From Lama guanicoe (Eukaryota), in contig MU056050.1 of NCBI GenBank assembly GCA_013239625.1, positions 490,504 to 554,503 on the forward strand: DNA of 64,000 nt, written 5' to 3'. A model generated the notes under the pieces. It did no database searches. It was not told the DNA's origin and worked only from the letters and a program-made list of their open reading frames with translations. The translations under genes and the position numbers were made by a program. Of this stretch, positions 49,170 through 59,095 are shown in pieces (the first letter of the stretch is position 1; the number at the start of each line of letters is the position of its first letter).

Positions 49170-50280
49170 TGGTACTGTGGCCGGTGGGCGGGTGGGTCAC
49201 TCCCCCTCCCGATGCCACAGTCAGATGCTGCGCTCGGGCAAGGCAAGTGGGCGGATCGCGCCGCCTCCCAGCACCATGGTCAGGTGCTGCTTCCTGTCAG
49301 GAAGACGGGTGGCCACCCGCCCTCTCCCAGTCACTCGGCTGCTCCGTGTAGCTGCCCACTCCGTCTTGGGTCAGCGCCCCGTAGGCGGGCTCGGGGAAGA
49401 CCACAGAACAGCCCCACCCCTGCTCTGTGCCAAATCTCAGCTCCTTGTTTGTCTTGGCAGCACGAGTTCTCTGAGGTGCCAGGGCAGAAAGATCCTATCT
49501 GCCTCGGGCTGTAAACAAGTCTCAGTCCTGCCCAGGAGGTTGCAGAGCCCCCAGGTGCGGATTCAGGCCTCCGCCCTGCCCCCGCCCGGGCGCTGCGCAC
49601 AGGAGGAGATGGTGGCTGTGGCTGCGCCCCGCCTCTCTTCTCGTGAGAAGCGCCAGTAATGGCGCTGCGGGTCTGAGGAGACAAAGGCTACAGCGCCCCT
49701 CCCCCCAGGGCACATCAGCCTTGTTGCTTTGCGTTTTTCACAATTTATGGAGGACCGACATTGTTCTGCTCTGTATCCCCTCCCAGCCATGGCATGCAGC
49801 ACCCTGCAGTCCCCTGGGGCTGCCTCAGTGCAGTCCTCCGCCCCGCTCGGGCAGCCTGTCCTGGCCCCCGGCTGCCAGCCCGTGTCTCGGGCTGGGTGTT
49901 GCAGGGACCCCTTTGTTCCCATTTAATTTAGTTCTGTTGGTCAAGGGGTGCTTGGGGAAGATCTGAGCCTCAGAGGCTCCTCCTCTGTCCCATTGGCCTC
50001 TCCGTTGGAGGGGGGAGACCCAGCAAATGAGCGCTATTCCTCCTTTGCAGCTCCTTCCCCATGGGACCGGTCCCACACTGTTTTGTTTTTTCTTCTTTCT
50101 TTTTTCCTTTTCTCCTACCAGGTTTTTGGTGTCTTTGTCTTTCAAAGAGGGTGATGTTCTGTCAGAGTTTGTCAGGTGCTCTGGTTGGCTGAGTGGGTCT
50201 GTAGATGTCAGTCTTGGTGTATTTGTGGGAAAGGGTGAGCTACAGACATCCTTCTACTCTGCCATCTTGCTTCTCTCGCC
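49170..50280 (-). promoter_or_regulatory. L1 internal promoter (CpG-rich 5'UTR) with YY1 motif
   Basis: Visibly the most CpG-dense stretch of the window; CAAGATGGC (gccatcttg at 50261-50269) about 12 nt from the L1 5' end. Confidence 0.7.
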
Positions 50281-51069
50281 CCTTTTCCCACCTTTCTTTG
50301 CCTGCCTCCAGGACACTTGTCACCCCAAAACATGTAATTCCTTATCAGTCTGGAGGTTTCTGCTTTTCTCTGTCTGCCCAAGGTCCCCTGTTGTTCACCA
50401 GATGTATGGTTTCCTCGCATTTGGCCTGTACCCCCCCTTTCTCTACTCATATCCAGCTATCTGCCTGCTCTAACAATAACACTGTGCATCCAAGTTTGAG
50501 AACCAGCACTTTAAAGTGCAAGTCAAGCATCACCTCTTCTGAGAAATATTCCTTTAAACCCCAGTCTGATCAAGTTATTTCTTCTCTTTGCTTCCATAAT
50601 ACCATATGTGGCCTTCTCTCATAATGGCCATTGTTCTGTACAGAAATTGTCAGTTTATTCATTTGTCTCTGTTACTATACTTTAAACTCCTTGAGGGCAT
50701 GGACCATGCCCTAAATGGCTTTGTATCCCTAGAACATAGCATGCTGCCTAGCACAAGGTAGGTACAATAAATTAATATGTAAATTAATATGTAAGTTGAA
50801 AAAATTTATACAGAAACTATGATGCACCATGCAAGCTGCTAGCAAGTTTTCATGTTACCTTACTTAATCCACACAATTCTGAGAAATAAGGATGATTATC
50901 TCTGTGTTAAAAATCAAGACAATAGGGATCAGAGATGTTAAGTGATATACCCAGTTACACAGCCAATAGTGGGTATAGGATTTAATCCCAGATCTTCTAA
51001 CTTCAAATTCGTAGTATTTCTTTCTATCTATGGCTGGCAGAAAATAACACTAGGTAGCTCTATGTCACT

Positions 51070-51852
51070 TATGTTGCTTTTCTATTGCTGCATAACAAAT
51101 TGCCACAAACTTAGTGGCATAAAACAGCATCCATTTATTAACTCACAGTTCTTTAGGTCAGAGGTCTGGAAATAGCGTGGTTCACCTGGTTCCTTTGCTT
51201 AGAACTTCAGAAGGCTGGTGGGGGTGGGGGTAGGGTATAGCTCGGTGGTAGAGTGTGTGCTTAGGTACTGGGGACTGAACCCATGAAGTCCTGGGTTCAA
51301 TCCCCAGTACCGCCACCTAAAAAATAAATAAATAAATTCATTTACCTCTCCCCACCTCCACACAAAAAAAGAGAATGTCAACTTCTTGAAAAATGTTATT
51401 AAAAGAAAAAAAAAGAACTTCATGAGGTTGAAATCAAGGTGTCATCCAGGCTGAATTCTCATCTAGATGTCCTGAGAAAAAATCTGCTTCCCAGCTCATT
51501 CAGGTTGTGGGCAGAATTTAGTTCCTTCCTGTTGTAGGACTGAGGCATCTATTTCCTTGCTGGCTGTCAGCTGGTGGCTGCTCTCAATGAACAGAGGAGA
51601 CCTGTTGTTCCTTGTCACATGGCTTTCACCATCTCCAAGCCAACATCAAGTCCTTCTTGTACTGAATCTCTGATTTAAAGGCTTATGTCATCAGTCAGGC
51701 CCATTCAGATCATCTCCCTATTTTAAGATCAACTGATTTGAAACCTTAACTGTATCTGCAAAATCTCTTTACAGCAGCACCTAGGTTTGTGTTTGATTGA
51801 ATAACTGAGAGAATGTACACCAGGGGATCATCCCTGAATTCTGCCTAGCACA
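51070..51852 (-). mobile_element. MLT1D/E-type MaLR LTR interrupted by a SINE
   Basis: ctattgctgcataacaaattgccacaaacttagtggcataaaacagc...tcaggttgtgggcagaatttagttcc...gaattctgcctagcaca. Confidence 0.85.
51218..51413 (+). mobile_element. Rearranged Vic-1-like SINE
   Basis: gggtatagctcggtggtagag...gggttcaatccccagtacc plus tail; diverged TSD agaacttca..agg.tg (51201-51217, 51414-51430). Confidence 0.9.
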
Positions 51853-52183
51853 CTGCCTTATGCTTTACACGTGACATTGCGCCTTCACGTAGATTATTTC
51901 ATTTTACCTTTTCAAGAACTGTATTAAATAGGAGGGATGGTATTGTGACCACTTTTAAAAATACAAATGAGGAAGCTGAAGCAATTAAAAGCAGCCAGTT
52001 GATGATAAAGAAGGAATTAAAACCTTCTCTCATTCAGTGCTTTGTCTTTCAATGCCACACCCATCATTGGTTTCCAAAAATTTATAACCCAACTTGGATA
52101 TAATAGAAATGAAGTGCAATCACAGCCTAATGTAAGTAGATTTGCTCCAATGTAGGAAGATTTACATTTTATCCAATGTATTC

Positions 52184-53054
52184 CTTTTTTTAAATTTTTT
52201 AAAATTGAGTTATAGTCAGTTTACAATGTTGTGTCAATTTCCAGTGTAGACCATAATTTTTCAGTTATACATGAACATATATATATTTATTGTCACATTC
52301 TTTTTCACCATGAGCTACCACAAGATCTTGTATATATTTCCCTGTGCTATACAGCATAATCTTATCTATTCTACATATGCCTGTCAGTATCTACAAATTT
52401 TGAACTCCCAGTCTGTCCCTTCCCACCCCCATCCCCCCTAGCAACCACAAGTTTGTATTCTATGTCTATGAGTCTGTTTCTGTTTTGTATTTATGTTCAT
52501 TTGTCTTTTTCTTTTTTCTTTCTTTCTTTTTTTTTAGATTCCACATATTGAGTGATCTAATATGGTATTTTTCTTTATCTTTCTGGCTTACTTCACTTTG
52601 AATGACATTTCCAGGGACATCCATGTTGCTGCAAATGGCGTTATGTTGTCATTTTTATGGCTGAATAGTATTCCATTGTATAAATATACCACCACTTCTT
52701 TATCCAGTCATCTGTCAATGGACATTTAGGCTGTTTCCATGTCTTGGCTATTGTAAATAGTGCTGCTATGAACATTGGGATGCAGGTGTCTTTTTGAAGT
52801 AGGGTTCCTTCTGGATATATGCCCAGGAGTGGGATTCCTGGGTGATATGGTAAGTCTATTCCCAGTCTTTTGAGGAATCTCCATACTGTTTTCCACAGTG
52901 GCTGCACCAAACTGCATTCCCACCAGCAGTGTAGGAGGGTTCCCCTTTCTCCACAGCCTCTCCAGCATTTGTCATTTGTGGACTTTTGAATGATGGCCAT
53001 TGTGGCTGGTGTGAGGTGATACCTCGTTGTAGTTTTGATTTGCATTTCTCTGTC
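52184..53054 (-). mobile_element. Young camelid L1, 5'-truncated
   Basis: ORF 52641-53045 [13 protein letters not shown]...[18 protein letters not shown] (ORF2 Cys-rich domain); perfect TSD tatccaatgtattc (52170-52183, 53055-53068). Confidence 0.95.
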
Positions 53055-53602
53055 TATCCAATGTATTCTAATCCATTTGTATAAATGTTTACATTAAGGA
53101 AGGATTAGTCATGTTACAGTGATGGTTTATGGTAGAGCCCTTGAAACTATTACCCTACCTGCTTAGTGAATAATGATGATAACTAATATTTGTTAATGTT
53201 TTACAGTTTGCAAAGTATTTCCATCCATCTTTGCTTTTGTGCCCACGAACAATGAAAATTACATAATTTATTGTAAGAAATGCTTGTACATGTGAAAATG
53301 ATTTAGGAAAGCCATTTAAATTAGTTTAAATTGACTTTAATCTATAAAAATTTTGATGTTTACTTAATTTTCAGGAGCATCCTTTTGTGAAAAGTGAGGT
53401 GTCCTTGTAGGAGGTGGAGGTGTAGGGGTGTGTGTGTGAGTACAAGAAATGCAGGTGATTCTGATTCTGTATGCAAGTGTAAACTGTACCTATGGTACTT
53501 CTTGGTAGTTGCACCGGCATATTGGAAGTCATACCAACAGAGTGGAACAAGGGACAGAGGCTTAGAGGAGCAGGATGTGTGTGTGAGCCTGTGCTGTAGT
53601 AG

Positions 53603-54228
53603 TGATAACAGGAAAAATGGGGCACAAGAGGATGGCTGTGTCCCAGGTCTCAGTCAAGTCATTGGGATGCACCCCAACAAGTGAGGGTCCTTGGCTCTGA
53701 GCAGGAAAGAATTCAAGAGCGAGCCATAGTAGAGTGAAGGGAGATTTTTTTCACCCTAGATTAGATTATTTATGGAGATACATACTCCATAGACAGAGTG
53801 CAGGCAGTCTCAGAAGGCCAGAGAGGCCATAACGCTTGGGAGTGGGTGTTTAAAGTAAAAGTAGTTACTCCACAGACAGAGTGCAGGTCGCCTCACTCAG
53901 AAGGGAGAGTGGCCACGAGGTGTGGAGGTTGTTAGTTTTTATTGGCTCGGTAACTTCATATGCTAACAAGTGGGAGGATTATTCCAACTAATTTGGGGAT
54001 GGGGCTGGGATTCCCAGGAACTGGGCTGTCACCCACTTTTTGACTGTTTTTGGTCAGCCATGAAACTGTGCTGGCACCTGTTTGAGTACCATTTAGCATG
54101 CTACTGTATTTCAATTAGTGTATATTGAAGCTCAAGGTCTACTGGGAGTTGACTCTTCCACCATCTTGGTGCTGATTGCTGTGTCATTCTTTTAATGGTT
54201 ATGCCCTGCCCCCTTCCCTCCTGTCTCA
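53603..54228 (-). mobile_element. MER41-like ERV1 solo LTR
   Basis: TG...CA ends, TSD gtag; reverse-complement homologue of 56557-57115. Confidence 0.85.
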
Positions 54229-55199
54229 GTAGAGACACACAGAAAGTTACCAAAAACAGTAAGAAGGAAAGTTGCAGAGTGAGAGATCAAAATGGAGAGA
54301 GCACTTAAGTATCTGGTTGCAAGGGGCACAAATTCTCCTTTGCTTGCCTCTAATGGGAATGTTAGTTCTTTCATACCTAGCCCTCCTTCCACCTCCCCGT
54401 CCCAGCTCTGATAGCTCAGCCACCCCAAGGTAGCAGCGTGAAAGAGAGGTGTTCCTATGCTGCTGAGAACTCCCTCTGCCTCTTCCCCATCTCTCAGAGA
54501 GGTCGTGTCTGTGGTTCCCCACTATGACCAGAATCTTGGCTGTAAGGGGAACAGATTTTAGGCTCCTGCATTCCCCTCCAATAGCAGCAACATGTACTGA
54601 TGAGGGCCTTTTGTCACTGACAGCAATTTGATCATGGGTGGTTGGGAAGAAGGTTTTGTATTTTGGGGGACTAAAATGTATTTAGGGGAGCATTGTCAAG
54701 CTATCTGCTGAAACGGAGGGGAGAGGACCAAAGAGTTTCAGAACTGTTGATCTTTATGTAGTCATCAAGGCTAAGAGAACTGGCTATCTATGCTACCAAG
54801 GTAGAAATGTGGGCTCTGGGGATGATACCAAGCATGAGATTCCACTCCTGAAAGTGAATTGGGTGCTGGGCAATCTCTTCAGATGTTAACTTTAGAAGGA
54901 GAAATTACTTCTTTATATTACTTGATAAAAAGACAGTATTTCTAACACACTGATTTGTGATTTTGATGCATATCACTTAGCCAGGCCAGAAAGCTACCAT
55001 CAGAGATCTCTAAGATAGTCCTCTTTTTTATTCCACTAATTTGCGGTATTTGCTTCCTGAGGCCAAGTAGACTGGAAAGTAAAACCCTCTTCTTTTTTAC
55101 ATGTATACAAACCAACAAACAACCCCCCAAACCCACACATGCAAAACACAATTAAAGGCAAGTCCAATCAGATCTCTTCTTTTGGTCTTGACATTTGAG

Positions 55200-55460
55200 A
55201 CTGGGTGGTTAAGTATATCAATTTTGGAATCAGACAGAACTGGATTTTATTCCCATTCTGTCAATTAATAGCTGACTGTAAATTAATAGTCATTTTGCCT
55301 TTCTGGCCTCAGTGTTCTCATCCATAAAATGGGGGTTAATAATAATATTTGCCTTACAGGGTTATATTGAATATTAAATGGGATAACAAATTTAAAGTAT
55401 GTAGTACACTGCATGGAACATAGTCGAATGTTCAATGAACGTTAGCTGTTATTATTGTTA
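55200..55460 (+). mobile_element. MIR SINE
   Basis: ggaatcagacagaactggatt...ctcagtgttctcatccataaaatggggg...gttagctgttattattg. Confidence 0.8.
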
Positions 55461-56424
55461 TAAATAACTAGTTGTAGAAGTTGATGTGTATTGTTATTTC
55501 AAGACCAATAAAACCCTCTGCCTTCAAAAGATAGTCTCACAGCTTCTGCCTTCCCCCTATTGAATACTTTACACATGAAAAGAGAGAATTTCTTTGCAGA
55601 TCCAATTTTCCAAGCAGCCCCACTGAGTTCTACAGGGCATTGAGCAAGATAAGAAAACAGTGTAAGGCATTCAGGGCTGTGGGCTTGGATCTTGGATCTT
55701 GGGCTGAAAAAAAGGCTTTTGTTTCCACCCAGGAAGCATTATCATAAAATGGGTAAGCTTAGGGGGGGGAAACCCCAACAATTCGGGCGTGACAGAAGAG
55801 CCTTTGTTTTCAAATGGATTAAGGGAGGATATTGAAGAAAAATACCTAACAGGAGCACAGGGAAAACAGTCAAGGGCCTTTGAAAGTGGTGATAACAGTA
55901 GTACTGAACCCTTCAGAGGGTTGTTGTGAGAATTAAATGAGATAATAGATGTAAAATGCCTGGCACACATAGCAAATGCTCAGTAAATACTAGCTATAAT
56001 ACTTATTAATATGGTACAAGCTCTGTTATCACTCCTTGGAGATTATGACTCAGTAGATTTCAAGAGGGATCTTTCTGTAAAATTTTCTCTAGTTGATTCC
56101 TAGGCCTTAAATGGCAGCATGTTGTCACATGTCCCTGCTGTGACATGTGATCTTGCCTCCGCTACTTCCATAAGTTACTCCGGTCACCCCACTTCAGGGT
56201 AATACCCAATACTTCAGTTGTGACTCTCAGTGGGGTAATCCATGCCAGAGAACTGCCACCTGGAGTAACATAGCCATGTCCTGGAAGCTGCTATTTAGGA
56301 TTCATTACATCTCTGGAAAATCATACCATTCTCAATTAAGAAGAATGTCTTCTATTTGCTTACCAACAATAGCCATCTTCTTGGACCAAGTTTGAAAACA
56401 AATCTCTTAATGAGATTATTTTCT

Positions 56425-57969
56425 TTTTTTTCCCATTTTTTAAATTGAAGTATAGTTAATTTACAATGTTGTATTAGTTTCTGGTGCACAGCATAGTGAT
56501 TCAGTCATACATATATATATATATATATATGTATTTATGTAAATTCTTTTTCATATTGAGACAGGAAGGAAGAGGGCAGGTCACAGCCATTCAAGGAATG
56601 ACACAGCAATTAACACCAAGGTGGCAGAAAATTCAACTCCCAACAGACCTTGGCCCAAGATGGCAGGAGATTTGACTTCCAGTAGACCTTGAGTTTCATG
56701 ATGCTCATTTTAGTATATTAACATGGTAAATGGCATTCCCACAGGCGCCATGACAGTTCCCAGGCTGACCATAAAAGGTCAAAAAGTGGGCAGTGGCCTA
56801 ATTCCTCGGAGTCCCAGCCCCGTCCCCAAAAGTAGTTGGAATAATCTTCCCACTGGTAAGCATATAAAGTTACTGAGTCAATAAAAAGTAACAACCCCAA
56901 CACCTCATGGCCTTTCTCTTGCCTTATAAGACAGCCTGCATTCTGTCTATGGACTAGGTATCTCTCTGAATAAATCTACTTTTACTCAACTGTGGCTCAC
57001 TCTTGAATTCTTTCCCAAGTGAAGCCAAGGACCCACATTTGGCGGAGTATATCCCAGGGACTCAACTGAGACCTGGGACATGGCCATCCCCTCACCCTAC
57101 ATTTTTCCTGTATCAATATTCTTTTCCATTACAGGTTACTACAAGCCATTGATATAGTTCCCTGTGCTATACAGTAGGACCCTGTTGTTTAACTATTCTG
57201 TACACAGTAGTTTGTATCTGCCAACCCCAAACTCCCAGTTTATCCCTCCATCCCCTCTTCTCCCATCTGGTAACCATAAGTTTGTTTTCTATGTTTGTGA
57301 GTCTCTGTTTTGTAAATAAATTCATTTATGTCATTTTGAAAGATTCCACATATAAGTGATATCATATGATATTTGTCTTTCTCTGTCTGACTTACTTCAC
57401 TTAGTATGATAATCTCTAGGTCCATCCATGTTGCTGCCAGTGACATTATTTCATTTCTTTTTATGGCAGAGTAGTATTCCATTGTATAAATATACCACAT
57501 TTTCTTTATCCATTCATTTGTTGATGGACATTTAGATTGTTTCCATATCTTGGCTATTGTAAATTGTGCTTCTATGAACATTGGGGTATACATGTATCTT
57601 TCAAATTAGAGTTTTCTCCAGATATATGCCCAGGAGTGGGATTGCTGGATCATATAGTAAGTCCGTATTTAGTTTTTTAAGGAACCTCCATACTGTTCTC
57701 CATAGATCTAATTCTAAAGAAGATCTAAATAGACATTTCTCCAAAGAAGACAGATAGCCAACAAGCATATGAAAAGATGCTCAACATCACTAATTATTTG
57801 AGAAATGCAAATCAGAACTACAATGAGGTATCACCTTACACCAGTCAGAATGGCCATCATGAAGAAGTCTACAAATAATAAATGTTGGAAAGGGTGTGGG
57901 AAAAAAAGGAACCCTCCTACATTGCTGGTGGGAGTGCAAATTGGTGCAGCCACTATGGAGGACAGTATG
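56425..57969 (-). mobile_element. L1 with 5' inversion (minus part 56425-57705, plus part about 57717-57969)
   Basis: ORF2 remnants on opposite strands (57240-57593 minus, 57805-57987 plus); single TSD gagattattttct (56412-56424, 57970-57982). Confidence 0.92.
56557..57115 (+). mobile_element. MER41-like ERV1 solo LTR inside an L1 3'UTR
   Basis: ccaagatggc...cccacaggcgccatgacagtt...gaataatcttccc...aataaa...gaattctttc; TSD atat (56553-56556, 57116-57119). Confidence 0.88.
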
Positions 57970-58849
57970 GAGATTATTTTCTATTGATAGCAGAATGTGA
58001 TTTTTTGATCCTGGAAATGTCCAATTGGTGCTTTCTCTTCACTGGCCTCTCTTTTCTTCATGCTTGGAGTAAAGTGTTTTTGTATACTGTAGACTATTAA
58101 GGGGATTGGAAGCTCATTGAGGATGGCAAGGCAGGTAGATTAGTTTGGACACCTGGATTTGAAGCATGAATGCAAGACAAGGGCAAAAAGGTCAGCCTGG
58201 TACCTGGGACTTTTCTGGCCAGCTGTGTGGAGGTTTGCTCAGTTCTCAGTCTTTTGCACTCCCTGCTTCTGCTCTAACATCCAAAAGCCAAGCAGGCCTT
58301 TTGATACTCAAGGAATGAAGGACAAATAGTGTTATACAATTATTCATCACCACCAAAGTCCTAGTAAGATTGACCTGATTTTGAAACAAATGCAATAGAG
58401 ACTGTTGTGAAAAGCAACTGAGGCTTCAGTGAAACAAGTATTATTACTGTTCCTAATTTCAAATCCGTAGACACAAGGTGATTATTTACCCCTGCTCCCA
58501 TCTGGAAATGTGGGATGATGGATCAGAGCCATCATTTCCCTTCCTTTACCAGTTGAATCAAGTCTCAGGAAGGACCTGCTTAAAGCCTCCTCCTTTTCTC
58601 CCAGTTCTCAGAAAAGCAGGCTTTACAACAGAGCCACCATCTCAGGAAACAGGCTTAGAGAGGTCAAATCATTTCTCCCATGTCTTGCCCAGTGGTGGAG
58701 ATATTCAAAGCCATGTAATCTGACTCCAGAACCCCAGCTATTAAGGTAAAAATGTATCTATGTTTATTTTGCCAAAAGTTCTGTAAGAACTTCTGATTGA
58801 ATACCTAGTTAAGAACTCTTGATTTATTTCTTGAATCTTTAAAAGTTAT

Positions 58850-59095
58850 ATGAAGTATTTTAAGTTAAAAAGTAATACATAAACATAGTAACAAGTCCAA
58901 ATTATACAAAAGACTGTACAGTGAAAAGTGAGTCTCCCTCTCCCTCCTATCCCAGTTCCACAGTTCCCAGTCTTCCAGTTCCCCTCCCTAGAGGCAGCGG
59001 CCATTTTTTTGCATGTCCTTTCAGAAATAATGCATGCATATACTGCTCCATGTATACCCTTCAAAGAGAAGTGGGAGCATGTGATACATACTGAT
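58850..59095 (-). mobile_element. L1ME-type 3' fragment
   Basis: gtacagtgaaaagtgagtctccctctccc...ttcccctccctagaggcagc. Confidence 0.65.

Larger units (their letters stand above)
47434..50280 (-). mobile_element. L1 with complete 5' end and ORF1 but nearly all of ORF2 missing
   Basis: 5' end GGCGAGAGAAGCAAGATGGC, GC-rich 5'UTR, ORF1, spacer, last part of ORF2, 3'UTR and polyA; TSD ccttttcccac(t/c)tttcttt (47415-47433, 50281-50299). Confidence 0.93.
46990..50475 (-). mobile_element. ERV1-class solo LTR split by an L1 (LTR parts 46990-47433 and 50281-50475)
   Basis: tgttgccagagg...ctgctctaaca; 4-bp TSD ataa (46986-46989, 50476-50479). Confidence 0.85.
46440..50795 (+). mobile_element. L2 (about 46440-46900 and 50510-50795) carrying a MER5-type insert that is itself split by an LTR and an L1
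   Basis: cctccacactgcagccaaagtgatcctttagaaatgtaa; resumes as aagcatcacctcttctgagaa...catgctgcctagcacaaggtaggtacaataa. Confidence 0.75.

Noticed and set aside
49127..50473. Dense overlapping ORFs and a CpG island as a gene promoter or novel genes
   Set aside because: They fall in the GC-rich L1 5'UTR, where stop codons are rare
53360..53410. ttttcag followed by GAGCATCCTTTTGTGAAAA (EHPFVK, kinase-like) as a coding micro-exon
   Set aside because: Only six residues, a weak donor, and no other kinase exon in 64 kb; likely chance
53603..57115. The two related LTRs as ends of one provirus
   Set aside because: Opposite orientation, separate TSDs, and no gag/pol/env between them
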